A DNA stretch of 64,000 nucleotides from Candidatus Acidiferrales bacterium (GCA_035533875.1 DATLSZ010000038.1:355-64354), one strand, 5' to 3'; shown: positions 17,815 through 27,750, numbered from the stretch's first letter. Translations and numbers: made by a program. Notes: generated by a model from the letters alone, not told the origin.

Positions 17815-18486
17815 ATGAAAGGCTCGCGTTATAAAGTTGATCTTCATACACATTCTATCATATCGCAGGATGGAGGGATTACTGCTGCTCAGTATGAAAA
17901 GGTATTGCAGGCGGGAGAACTCGATTGTGTCGCGATAACCGATCACAATGAAACGAGTTTTGCTAGGATAATGCAAAAAAAGTTAGGAAACAAAATTATA
18001 GTCGGCGAAGAGATAAGCACAACAGAAGGTGAGATCATTGGTCTATATCTCACGGAAACAATTCGTGGCGGTATCAGTGTTGATGAAGCGGTTGCCAGTA
18101 TCAAGCATCAGGGTGGTCTGATTTATATTCCTCATCCATTTGAACTTTTCAGAAAAGGATTGCGTAGGAGTACAGCCGAGCGGATCTTGTCGGATATTGA
18201 TATTATTGAAGTCTTCAATGGGCGAGGCCGTTTCCGCGGAAAACCTATTTTTGCCGAACAATTCGCCTCAAAAAATAACATTCTCCAAGCTGCCAGCAGT
18301 GATGCTCACGGGGTAAAAGGTCTTGGACATACATGCAGCATGCTTACTGAATTTCCGACCCAAAAGAAGCTCAAAGAATTATTGGCAAACGCCATTCTTG
18401 ATAAAACGTATGCACCCTTCTATACATTTTTTTATCCCATGCTGAATAGAATTAAGAATAGTGTTGTTTTATTGGGAGAAAATTGA
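17815..18486 (+). CDS. PHP-domain metal-dependent phosphoesterase
   Basis: VDLHTHSIISQDG N-terminal His motif plus later IPHPF and DAHG motifs. Confidence 0.75.
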   Translation: MKGSRYKVDLHTHSIISQDGGITAAQYEKVLQAGELDCVAITDHNETSFARIMQKKLGNKIIVGEEISTTEGEIIGLYLTETIRGGISVDEAVASIKHQGGLIYIPHPFELFRKGLRRSTAERILSDIDIIEVFNGRGRFRGKPIFAEQFASKNNILQAASSDAHGVKGLGHTCSMLTEFPTQKKLKELLANAILDKTYAPFYTFFYPMLNRIKNSVVLLGEN

Positions 18487-18487
18487 A

Positions 18488-19402
18488 ATGCTTTATAGGG
18501 ATGATGTTTTATATGTTATTAATCCACATGCAAACGAGGGTCACGCCTTAGGCCTTTGGAATAAATCCAGACAAAAATTTAATATTCTTCCAAAAGATCC
18601 GGTTGATATTACCGCTATTTCACTGGAGGATGTTATTGCTGAGAGGAAACCGAAATTGATCGTCATTGCCGGCGGTGACGGGACGATAAATGCAGTAGCT
18701 CGTATCGTTTTCGGGATGTCTCAGAAACCTTTACTTGCAGTTCTTCCTTTTGGTTTTGGCAATGCGTTATCTTACTGTCTCGGTGTTGAGACAATGAAAA
18801 AGGCGGTAGATGTTATCGAGAAAAGGGAGCATACGGTTACCGTTGACTTACTCCGGACAGATATTCCGGATCATTCCGTTGGTGTTTTTAGTGTGAGTGT
18901 GGGATTTGATGCCCGAATCGTATTCAACCGTCAGCATTTTCGGTACATAGGATTCCGTTCTTACATATTGTCTGCTATACGCAGCTTGGTCTTTCATCCG
19001 GAACAGGAGATAACATTTACCATTGATAGAAAAGTGACGCTGTCTGCGCGAGCATCATCTTTGGTTATTGCGAATTGTCCTGTTATCGGGCAAAATTATA
19101 TAGTCTCACCAAACGCGAAGCTGAATGACGGACTGTTGGACTGCACGCTATTTTCAACGAAATACGATTATATTACCAATCTCAGGTTCAGAGGATTCAA
19201 ACATCCACTCTATTCCGAACTCGGAAAGGTGAGATTTAAAGCATCGCATCTCAAAATTGAAGGGGAGCCGTATGTGCAGATTGATGGCGATCCGGTGGTA
19301 CAGCGGGAAGGTATTGAAATTGAAGTCGTGCCTTCTCAGTTGACTTTTTTACGGAATGAAGACAAGAAGATTAATCAGATGTATCTGCCATTTGTGACGT
19401 AA
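18488..19402 (+). CDS. Diacylglycerol-kinase-family lipid kinase (YegS/BmrU-like)
   Basis: LIVIAGGDGTINAV catalytic-domain motif. Start moved to ATG at 18488, 2 nt after the PHP stop. Confidence 0.75.
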   Translation: MLYRDDVLYVINPHANEGHALGLWNKSRQKFNILPKDPVDITAISLEDVIAERKPKLIVIAGGDGTINAVARIVFGMSQKPLLAVLPFGFGNALSYCLGVETMKKAVDVIEKREHTVTVDLLRTDIPDHSVGVFSVSVGFDARIVFNRQHFRYIGFRSYILSAIRSLVFHPEQEITFTIDRKVTLSARASSLVIANCPVIGQNYIVSPNAKLNDGLLDCTLFSTKYDYITNLRFRGFKHPLYSELGKVRFKASHLKIEGEPYVQIDGDPVVQREGIEIEVVPSQLTFLRNEDKKINQMYLPFVT

Positions 19403-19441
19403 GGTATGCTTTAGATTATCTTAAATCGCAAATGTTAAAGC

Positions 19442-19500
19442 TCAAATCTACATCTCAAATATTAAATCAATTACTTTTGAGATTTATGTTGTAGATTTGA
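19442..19500 (+). terminator. Two-tier hairpin built from repeated words (CAAATCTACA / CTCAAA)
   Basis: TCAAATCTACA (19442-19452) pairs with TGTAGATTTGA (19490-19500). TCTCAAA (19453-19459) pairs with TTTGAGA (19476-19482). Confidence 0.45.
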
Positions 19501-19518
19501 TATTTGAGTTATATTATT

Positions 19519-20073
19519 ATGCTCGGAGCGATCTTTTTCTCATTGTGGTTTTTTGCGCCTGCCGGATTTGCTAATCTTGCTGCATTTGCTGCCGGTAAAA
19601 TAAAATTGCTCAAAAAGTATAAGTTTCCGGTAGATTGTTATTTGAAATTTCGAGGCAAACGGTTACTTGGAAGCCACAAAACAGTTCGAGGATTTGTTAC
19701 CGCGATACTTGTTGGGATTGTCATTTGTTCGATTGAAATATTTTTTTATGGCAATATTTTTTGGATCAGAGAGATTGTGCCGGTGGATTATTATACTATT
19801 AATCCTGTGATGCTTGGTGGTCTTTTAGGTTTTGGAGCACTCTTTGGAGACGCGGTCAAAAGTTTTTTCAAACGACAAGCCGGCATTCAGCCTGGAAGAA
19901 GCTGGTTTCCTTATGATCAAATAGATTATATTGTTGGTGGTGTTGTTTTTAGCTTGTTTGCTGTCCAGCTGCCGGTTTTACAATACCTATTACTTTTTAT
20001 CGTTTGGTTTCTTATTCATCCGTTAACAACAAGTATCGGTTATCTCTTCAAAATCCGTAGGAGACCATTGTAG
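19519..20073 (+). CDS. CDP-archaeol synthase-like protein (CarS / DUF46 family)
   Basis: PAGFAN, GSHKTVRGF and GDAVKSFFKRQAGIQPG...DQIDYIVGG match the CarS pattern. The ORF track start is TTG at 19504. Confidence 0.7.
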   Translation: MLGAIFFSLWFFAPAGFANLAAFAAGKIKLLKKYKFPVDCYLKFRGKRLLGSHKTVRGFVTAILVGIVICSIEIFFYGNIFWIREIVPVDYYTINPVMLGGLLGFGALFGDAVKSFFKRQAGIQPGRSWFPYDQIDYIVGGVVFSLFAVQLPVLQYLLLFIVWFLIHPLTTSIGYLFKIRRRPL

Positions 20074-20077
20074 CTGT

Positions 20078-22009
20078 TTATTTTTTTGTGAGCTGGTTGA
20101 GAAGGCCGTTGAGGTTTACTGTCGCAACTCCGATGACTTTGTCTGCACCGCCATAATAAACAAAGAGTGTCTCCCCGATTACCAGTGCACCGCAAGGGAA
20201 GACAACATTTGGCACTTCACCTTCGACTTCATATTGCTCAACAGGTTCAAAAATTGGATCATCTGTACGGACAAGTATTTTCGTCGGATCATTTTTATCC
20301 AAAAGCATCGCTCCGACTTTATATTTAAAGCCTGGTTCCGATACTCCATGATACAATAGTAGAAAGCCTTTTTCTGTTTCTATGGGAGGTGCTGCAATAC
20401 CGATCTTCACATTATCCCATTTATCAGGCCTTGGCTGCGCGATCGCTTTACCTCCTAAGAATTTATTACCACCGTAGTCCATTTTATCCGATACATCAAC
20501 CCAGATATCGTGTCCCAGCCGGTGAAACACAATGTATTTTCCTTCGTTACTTTTTATGATACAGGCATCTTTATCATCTGCATTAGGAAGTGAAATGAGC
20601 GTGGGTTCTTCCCAGTTCCACTGCCTTCGTAAAAAGTTTTCAACACCGATCCATGTTATTGCAACACGCGGAGGATTCTCTCCATCATATGCCGTATAGG
20701 TCATATAAAAACGGTCATCAAATTCCGTGATGCGAGGGTCTTCACATCCGGCATTGCCTATGGATTTTATTCTTCTTTCAAAATTTGCTCGTGGTGTGTA
20801 AATTGGATAATCGAGGTTCTCATCAATATGAAATCCGTCTTTACTTACAGCAAGTCCAAACACAGACATCCCGTCACGAGACTGAGCTCGGTAGATAATG
20901 TGTACCTTACCGTCTCCGTAGATAGCAGCGGGGTTGAAGACCGCCTGCGCCTGCCATTCCCATTCAATTATTGGTTTGAGAATTGGATTGCCAGCAAAGC
21001 GGGTAAGTTTGTCATTGTCTGTCGGAGCAGAGATGATCGGTGTTGATGCTTTTGGTTTGATATCATCAAGAAGTTCATTTATCTTGCAAGTTGCCAGTGC
21101 AACTCGTGTATCAGCAGCACCGTAATACACATAGAGCTCATCATCTTTTACAAGACCGCCGGAGGGGAAAATTACATTTGGCACATCTCCACGCAGCTCA
21201 TATTCTGCCTGCGGAGTAATGAGCGAATAATCGGTTCTTCCCAAAATATGACGCGGGTGATCAAGATCCAGCAGTACCGCTTCTATGCCAAATTTTTTTT
21301 CATTTGAAAGATAGTCGGTGATATAGGAATACAGGACAAGCCAACCGTCTTTTGTCTTGATTGGTGCCGATCCAAGTTCTACCTGATCACGGATATCGCG
21401 GAGAAGATTGATAACATGCGTGCCGGAGTTTTCATACAATTCATCCCAATAGTATGGAGACCATATCTCATCTTCACGATCAAAATACGCGACAGCTATT
21501 TTTGCTGGTGGCAGATCGGTATTCATTGTGATAAGAGCACCCATCTTCCCTTTGACCAGATCAGGAAAAAGAGCCATGGCTTTTGCATTGAAGGTACTGA
21601 CCGGATGCTTGAAAAACGTTTTAAAATCCTCTGTGATAGCAACGGCTGTTTTGATCCCATACGCGCTAAACGGAAAGACAGAAAGTGCAGTATAAAAAAT
21701 ATAAAATTTCCCATTGAAAAAAGTAATACGCGGATCCTCAACTCCATATTCTTCCCAGTCTTCTGTTGGACCAAAAAGCAATTTGTGATCTCCGAAGTGG
21801 ATGCCATCTGTGCTTGACGCATACCCAACCGATGAAACCCGCATAGTGATGCCATTCTGTTTTTTTTCAGAAGATAAAGCTCGGTAGACCATGTGGTATA
21901 TTCCGTCGTTGTATGCAACGCAGCCATTGAATGCACCATCATGCTCCCATTCAAGATCAGGGTTCGGATTTAGTATTGGATTTTCGGGGTAACGTTGTAA
22001 GGTTATCAT
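20078..22009 (-). CDS. Tandem double GH130-like glycoside phosphorylase/glycosidase
   Basis: Two copies of the GH130 pattern (NP..NP...WE....FN......DG.YHM.YRA, EDPRIT, VYYGGAD) in one 643-aa protein. Confidence 0.8.
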   Translation of the reverse strand: MITLQRYPENPILNPNPDLEWEHDGAFNGCVAYNDGIYHMVYRALSSEKKQNGITMRVSSVGYASSTDGIHFGDHKLLFGPTEDWEEYGVEDPRITFFNGKFYIFYTALSVFPFSAYGIKTAVAITEDFKTFFKHPVSTFNAKAMALFPDLVKGKMGALITMNTDLPPAKIAVAYFDREDEIWSPYYWDELYENSGTHVINLLRDIRDQVELGSAPIKTKDGWLVLYSYITDYLSNEKKFGIEAVLLDLDHPRHILGRTDYSLITPQAEYELRGDVPNVIFPSGGLVKDDELYVYYGAADTRVALATCKINELLDDIKPKASTPIISAPTDNDKLTRFAGNPILKPIIEWEWQAQAVFNPAAIYGDGKVHIIYRAQSRDGMSVFGLAVSKDGFHIDENLDYPIYTPRANFERRIKSIGNAGCEDPRITEFDDRFYMTYTAYDGENPPRVAITWIGVENFLRRQWNWEEPTLISLPNADDKDACIIKSNEGKYIVFHRLGHDIWVDVSDKMDYGGNKFLGGKAIAQPRPDKWDNVKIGIAAPPIETEKGFLLLYHGVSEPGFKYKVGAMLLDKNDPTKILVRTDDPIFEPVEQYEVEGEVPNVVFPCGALVIGETLFVYYGGADKVIGVATVNLNGLLNQLTKK

Positions 22010-22094
22010 TTCAGAACACTCAGATCGCCGTGTAAATTAGTTATATCAGATTATCAGTTTTTCTGAAAGACAGAATACTTGAGATTTCTGAAAA

Positions 22095-23918
22095 TTAGTT
22101 AAGGACTGGACTGGTAACTCGACGGAGTTTCGGTTCCTGATGGTGTTTCATCTGATAGAGGAATTTATCCAAATCTGCTTCGGCAGCATTTACAAAAGTA
22201 TCTCCGCCTCCATAATATACCAACAGTTTGTTATCTTTTAATACTGCTCCACACGGGTAAACTACACCGGCTTTAAACCCGCCATTTTCATAATGCTCTT
22301 CAGGAGATAAGATAGGGTTATTCGTTCTATAGAGAACTTTTGTCGGATCTTTCTTATCAAGCAACATGGCCCCAATTTTATATCTACCCGGATCTTGATA
22401 ACCTACCGATTGATAGATAAGTAGCCATCCGTCTTTTGTTTTCATTGGAGGAGCGCCGGCTCCAACCTTTTTACTGTCCCAATGTTTCTTTCGAGGTGGA
22501 ATGAAGTAGTGACCTGTGAGAAATTTATCATCAGCAAATTTCAGATCATCGAGAGTATCCATAAGGATATTGGGATAAACTCGGTGAAGCATGACATATT
22601 TGCCATTAATTTTTTCAGGGAATAGAACAGCACTTTTATTTACCATACCTGGAGCTGAAATTAATTTCGGTCTTTCCCATTTATCCCACTGGCGGTTCAA
22701 AAATTGATCAACAGGAATAGAAGTAAGTGCGACTCGTGGTGGATTTGCGCCATCAAATGCAACATAGGTCATAAAAATTTTGTCTTCAACTTTGGTAATA
22801 CGTGGATCCTCAATGCCGCCATATCCACCGCCGGATGCGAAATGATCGGCAAATGTTTTAAAGACTGCGCCACCCGGTGTCTCAAAAGGTTCTCTTGGAA
22901 TATAAATCGGCTCTTCGGATTTCTCATCAATCGTCAGACCGTCTTTGCTTGTCGCATATCCAAGAACAGACAAGTCACTATCTCCAAGTGCCCGGTAGAC
23001 AAAATGTACTTTTCCGTCTTCAAATAAAGCGGCGCTGTTGAATGTCGCGCGAGATTCCCATTTGTGATTGGGATCAGGGGAAATTATCGGGTTTTGATGA
23101 TGCTTTTTCAAAAGGATTTGGATGTTTTTGTCTTTAATGCCGTTTGGAGGAATCGGACAAGATACGGCATACACGGTACTATCATTGACGATCCAGTAGA
23201 GAATGCATTTATCGTCAAACATCTCAATACCGAGTGGTTTTATGTTTTCTTTTCTGAGATTATCGGGAATTTCCCATAGAGGTTTATCAAGCCGCCATAA
23301 CAGTCTGGTCGGATCTTTTGTATCAAACGCTGCTGCGCCCACTGCATAGTAAGCATTATCATTTTTGGTTTTTTTCGCGTAATAGAACACAAGTATGTGG
23401 TCTTTGAGATTGAATACTTTCGCGACTTCCAATGAAGCATTATCAAAATTATCTTCAAGACTTTCAAGTACCGGATTGTCAAAAGCTCTCCAATCAGTGA
23501 GCTGTGAGGAGTAGGCAAGCTTTATTGTATGTTCACCGAAGTATAACACATAACGGTTCTTGAATTGAAAATCAGGGACAATGGACCCTACCTCGTTGAC
23601 GCCTTCTACCTTTCCGAGTTTTTTCCAACGGAGCGATTCTTTGGATTCAGCGACATTGAACTTACTTCCGCTGCGTCCGTTAACTTTATATGTCGAGATG
23701 AATCGATCTTTTTGTTTGCTGACAGTGAACCGCTGCCAGTCGTACTTCGGTTCTTCCCGACCTTTGGGATCGGTGACTATGATATATTTTGTTGAGCCAT
23801 TAAACGCAAACCCATCACTGCCGGAAATCCGTTTGAAATAAAATTTGTTACCTTTATCGTAGGAGAAATAGAGGACAATATCTCCATCAATATATGCAGT
23901 ACCAACAAGTTTAATCAT
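22095..23918 (-). CDS. GH130-like glycoside phosphorylase/glycosidase with a divergent propeller-like N-terminal half
   Basis: The C-terminal half has WESRATFNSAALFEDGKVHFVYRA, EDPRIT and VYYGGGD. The N-terminal 270 aa is weakly similar. Confidence 0.75.
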   Translation of the reverse strand: MIKLVGTAYIDGDIVLYFSYDKGNKFYFKRISGSDGFAFNGSTKYIIVTDPKGREEPKYDWQRFTVSKQKDRFISTYKVNGRSGSKFNVAESKESLRWKKLGKVEGVNEVGSIVPDFQFKNRYVLYFGEHTIKLAYSSQLTDWRAFDNPVLESLEDNFDNASLEVAKVFNLKDHILVFYYAKKTKNDNAYYAVGAAAFDTKDPTRLLWRLDKPLWEIPDNLRKENIKPLGIEMFDDKCILYWIVNDSTVYAVSCPIPPNGIKDKNIQILLKKHHQNPIISPDPNHKWESRATFNSAALFEDGKVHFVYRALGDSDLSVLGYATSKDGLTIDEKSEEPIYIPREPFETPGGAVFKTFADHFASGGGYGGIEDPRITKVEDKIFMTYVAFDGANPPRVALTSIPVDQFLNRQWDKWERPKLISAPGMVNKSAVLFPEKINGKYVMLHRVYPNILMDTLDDLKFADDKFLTGHYFIPPRKKHWDSKKVGAGAPPMKTKDGWLLIYQSVGYQDPGRYKIGAMLLDKKDPTKVLYRTNNPILSPEEHYENGGFKAGVVYPCGAVLKDNKLLVYYGGGDTFVNAAEADLDKFLYQMKHHQEPKLRRVTSPVLN

Positions 23919-24108
23919 AGTGGGCGCGGTGAACCAGCAAAAAACGGTAAGTCCCCACCGCCTATATTCAGCTTAACAGATCAGTAAAATTAGTGTCAAG
24001 TTGAAGTTTGCTTTACGTCAGTTAGGTTGTTTTATGGTTTGATATTGTTAGTTATTGTATGTATCACTTGCAAGGTTTCTTCTTACCAAACTCTTACGTA
24101 AATAATTT

Positions 24109-24756
24109 TTATTGTAGCGCTGATAGTTTTGCAAAATTTATCTTTGTAAAGTCGTCAGTTATGAGATCCGCTTGTACAGGGCTTTTTATTTTTGATTTCT
24201 TTTTCCAATAGAGAACGCATTTCATATGTGCTTGATGCGCTGCAACAAGGCCATTTACTGCATCTTCTATGACAATAGATTCAGAAGGGGGAATATGTAA
24301 CAGACCGGCAGCTTTAATAAAAATTTCAGGGTCAGGTTTGGCACGGGTTACATCATCCTTGGTGACAACAGCGTCAAATGTGTCGTGCATTTCGAACAGA
24401 TCCAATACTATTTGCATACGGTATCGTGATGCAGATGTCGCAAGCGCAAGCGACACATTGTGAGACTTTAAATCTTCTACGAGTTGAGGTATTCCATCTA
24501 TTGGTAAGAGATCATGATACATCCGTATTTCTTCTTCGACATCATAATGACTGCCGTAATATTCTGCAGATTCAGGAAGGTTATATGTTTCTTTCACATA
24601 TTGCCAGAAAGATTCAATAGGAATTCCATGGAGACTATGCAATTCTTGTTCAGTCACTTGCACGCCAAATTTTTTTGCAGTTTGTGTTAAAAGTTTATCT
24701 GCAATTGACTGGCTGTCAATGATGACGCCGTCCATGTCAAATATTACTGCTTTCAT
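24109..24756 (-). CDS. HAD-superfamily hydrolase, subfamily IA (beta-phosphoglucomutase-like)
   Basis: FDMDGVIIDS motif I, TSASR motif II, EDAVNG motif IV. Confidence 0.8.
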   Translation of the reverse strand: MKAVIFDMDGVIIDSQSIADKLLTQTAKKFGVQVTEQELHSLHGIPIESFWQYVKETYNLPESAEYYGSHYDVEEEIRMYHDLLPIDGIPQLVEDLKSHNVSLALATSASRYRMQIVLDLFEMHDTFDAVVTKDDVTRAKPDPEIFIKAAGLLHIPPSESIVIEDAVNGLVAAHQAHMKCVLYWKKKSKIKSPVQADLITDDFTKINFAKLSALQ

Positions 24757-24757
24757 A

Positions 24758-25867
24758 TTAAGCTTTTACTTTGAGCGTGTCGCCTTTGTAGGTAAGTTTG
24801 AGTGGTTCAATAATAACTTGTTTTTCCCCTTTTTCGACAGTGCCTGCATGCCAGGCTTTTAGGCTGTTCTTCGTTGCTGCATCAATCGTTTTTTTTACAT
24901 CTCTTTTATTGATGAATAACGCAAATCCTGCTCCCATATTGAAGTTGCCGTACATTTCCTGATCATCATTGCCCGAGTTTTTTTGGATAAAAGGAAAAAT
25001 CGGTTGAGGATTTGGGACAGTATGCATTACATAGGTGAAAATTTTGTTTGCCCGCATGAGCTTTCTCCATCCATGACCGGTGATATTTGTCATATAATGG
25101 ATTTCAACTCCTGCATCAAAAGTATCACGAATGAGTTGAGCATAGATGTGTGTTGGTGCAAGTATTGATTCTCCGTAACTCGTACCGTCGGGTAGAAGTG
25201 TAGCATATCCTTTTGGCAGCTGAGACGCTATAGTCCGTGCAAGCGTCAGGCCGTTTGCGTGAATGCCACTGCTTTCAATTAAGATTATTGCATCTCCAGC
25301 ATCTAATTTTTCTCCCAACGTGAGATGTTTTTTGGGTTTTATTACTCCAATCGCGCTGCCGGCAAGGTCAATGGTACCAGGATCGACGATGTCTTTTAGT
25401 GTCGGTGTTTCGCCGCCGCCCCATACGGCGCCAGCAAGATCGCACGCTTTTGCCCATCCTTCAACCAAATCTATCGCACGTTCTTCATCGGAGAACCAAT
25501 CACCGCTTCCGATAGCAAAATACGCGTTGACCACTTGTGGATCAGCTCCCACAACGATAAGGTCATTCACGATCATAGCGACTGTATCCTGTGCAATCGT
25601 ATCATAGTGGGTTTTCCCGGTGAATTTTCTCGTCTCGTCAGCGACGAGATTTTTTGTTCCCAAGCCTTCGATGACAAATGCTCGGTACTCGTCTTTTTCT
25701 TCCCAAACATAGGCAGATTCACCTCTGCTGTCTGCGATTTCTTTTGCGCCAAATCGATTAAAATTTGCTGCGGTTGCTTTTGCCCGCAATTGTGCAAGTA
25801 CTTTTATGGGATCCATTGCTTCATAGTTGACACCGGATTCTTTGTAGGATATTTTTTGTTTTTTCAT
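24758..25867 (-). CDS. purM: Phosphoribosylformylglycinamidine cyclo-ligase (AIR synthase)
   Basis: YKESGVN, EGLGTK, VAMIVNDLIVVGADP, GGETP, SSGIHANGLTLAR and NITGHGW are collinear with PurM. Confidence 0.85.
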   Translation of the reverse strand: MKKQKISYKESGVNYEAMDPIKVLAQLRAKATAANFNRFGAKEIADSRGESAYVWEEKDEYRAFVIEGLGTKNLVADETRKFTGKTHYDTIAQDTVAMIVNDLIVVGADPQVVNAYFAIGSGDWFSDEERAIDLVEGWAKACDLAGAVWGGGETPTLKDIVDPGTIDLAGSAIGVIKPKKHLTLGEKLDAGDAIILIESSGIHANGLTLARTIASQLPKGYATLLPDGTSYGESILAPTHIYAQLIRDTFDAGVEIHYMTNITGHGWRKLMRANKIFTYVMHTVPNPQPIFPFIQKNSGNDDQEMYGNFNMGAGFALFINKRDVKKTIDAATKNSLKAWHAGTVEKGEKQVIIEPLKLTYKGDTLKVKA

Positions 25868-25911
25868 TTTATTGAGCCTATTGTATCAAGATTGTTTATA
25901 ATTAGAAAGTC

Positions 25912-26766
25912 TCAATACAGGCTTAAGACAATAACACCGATAATTGTTATCGTTGCGCCGATGAGTTTTTTCTTAATATCTTGTCTTTCATGAAGAAAGA
26001 TAATCCCTGCAATAATTGATGTGACAAGCATACCTTGATAAATAGCAGTTATTTTTCCAGAATCTCCAAAACGGAGTGCTACGGTAAAAAGATAAACAGA
26101 AATAATATTGACACCAACAGCAAGAAATTTAAGTTGGAGGTTATTTTGAAATATTTGTTTCAGACGACGTGTGGAATTTCGCATTGTTAACGGGAAGAAT
26201 AGTGCGGGAACAAATGCGATAGTAGCATTTATGATCGAATTTGATCCGTAGGGAAGTGTCATTTTTGTGAGGACAATATTAAATGCAATCATAAATGCTG
26301 AAAGATTGGCATAGGTTGCACCTTTGTCGACAAATAGCTTTTTCGGACTCACAACAATGCTAAGTCCAATAAATAAAACAATTATTCCTGCATACTCAGA
26401 TATCTTTAAGTTTTCATGGACGAGGAAAAAAGCAATAATGGGAACCCAGATCAGACGGGTTCGGGAAAGTATGGCAGAAATAGAAAGATGCGAGTTCTCA
26501 TGCATTTTCATATACCAATACACAGAGATCCATTCTGTTAAACCAAGAAGCAAAAAGAGTATTATCGATTGGGTTGAAAGAATTATTTTCCAATCAACAA
26601 TAATTGCAGTAACTACAAAGAAAAGAAAACGTACTGCTTCAAAAAACCACGCATATGCTGTTGCATCTTCTTGTTCTTTTAAAATATATCTACTGATAAA
26701 ATTAAACGCGTTTGAAGCAAGCCCGGCAATTATCGAGAGAAAAATCCAGTTGTTAAAAAGAGACAT
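25912..26766 (-). CDS. EamA/DMT-family membrane transporter
   Basis: 284 aa, about 10 hydrophobic segments, duplicated EamA-like halves. Confidence 0.65.
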   Translation of the reverse strand: MSLFNNWIFLSIIAGLASNAFNFISRYILKEQEDATAYAWFFEAVRFLFFVVTAIIVDWKIILSTQSIILFLLLGLTEWISVYWYMKMHENSHLSISAILSRTRLIWVPIIAFFLVHENLKISEYAGIIVLFIGLSIVVSPKKLFVDKGATYANLSAFMIAFNIVLTKMTLPYGSNSIINATIAFVPALFFPLTMRNSTRRLKQIFQNNLQLKFLAVGVNIISVYLFTVALRFGDSGKITAIYQGMLVTSIIAGIIFLHERQDIKKKLIGATITIIGVIVLSLY

Positions 26767-26768
26767 GA

Positions 26769-27743
26769 TTAAATTATATCAACATTCTTGAGGTTCTGTT
26801 TGATCCGCTCTTCAATTGGATAAGTGAAAACGTTAAATGTTTTTTCACTCAGCATTTCGTACGTTTTTATATATCTTTTTGAGAGCTCTACTGCTAGTTC
26901 TTTGGTCATTTTCGGCGGTTTGCCATCACCAAAATAACCGCGTTTGGCATACCAGAGTCTGAGAAATTCTTTATCAAAATTTTCCGGCTCCTGTCCATGT
27001 TTCAAACGATCTTTATATGTTTTGGCAATCCAGAATCGTGAGCTGTCGGGTGTATGGATCTCATCAATCAACATGAGTTTGCCATTATATAATCCAAATT
27101 CGTATTTGGTATCAACCAGTATCAGTCCATGTTGCTCACACCATTTTTGACCAAGTGCAAAAAGCTCTAGCGATACTTTTTCCATCTCTTCGTAAAGTTT
27201 TTTCTCAACAATTTTCCGGCTTATAATCTCATCACGTGTCAGCCGTTCATCGTGTTTGGCCGATCCTGCTTCAGGATGCGTAGTTGGCGTAATGATCGGA
27301 TGAGGGAGCTTCTGATTTTTCTGCATACCGTCTGGGAACTGCATGCCATAAATTGTCCTTTCGCCTTTTTCATACGAGTACCAGACAGAAGTTTTCGTAA
27401 CTCCTGAGAGATATCCTCTGATGACCATCTCAACAGGAATCGGTTTGCAGTTTTTTGAAACCAATACATTGGGATCGGGGAGAGAAATCATGTGGTTTGG
27501 GACGATCTTTTTGGTTTTCTCAAACCAAAAAGCTGCCAATTGGTTGAGCACCGCACCTTTGAAAGGGATGTTGCCGAGGATAACATCAAATGCCGACTGC
27601 CGGTCTGTTGTGATCGTTACTCTTTTGTCTTTAAGAATATAAAAGTCACGTACTTTGCCTTGGTATTTTTTTCCAAGTGTGGGGAGATCAATTGTTTCCA
27701 GTGCTTTTGGCAGGGCATTGATGATGGTTTTTGTTTGGATCAT
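26769..27743 (-). CDS. purC: SAICAR synthase (long form)
   Basis: GKVRDFY, TDRQSAFD and LILVDTKYEFG motifs. Confidence 0.9.
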   Translation of the reverse strand: MIQTKTIINALPKALETIDLPTLGKKYQGKVRDFYILKDKRVTITTDRQSAFDVILGNIPFKGAVLNQLAAFWFEKTKKIVPNHMISLPDPNVLVSKNCKPIPVEMVIRGYLSGVTKTSVWYSYEKGERTIYGMQFPDGMQKNQKLPHPIITPTTHPEAGSAKHDERLTRDEIISRKIVEKKLYEEMEKVSLELFALGQKWCEQHGLILVDTKYEFGLYNGKLMLIDEIHTPDSSRFWIAKTYKDRLKHGQEPENFDKEFLRLWYAKRGYFGDGKPPKMTKELAVELSKRYIKTYEMLSEKTFNVFTYPIEERIKQNLKNVDII

Positions 27744-27750
27744 AAACTAT

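Noticed and set aside
25535-25993. Long antisense ORFs opposite purM (25263-25607, 25535-25993), pabC (46504-47022), purK (28748-29332), purD (37972-38352) and module protein A (56808-57284, 57042-57368)
   Set aside because: Each lies fully within a better-supported gene on the other strand. Their sequences are Cys/Phe/Leu-rich or repeat-driven, as is typical of antisense frames.
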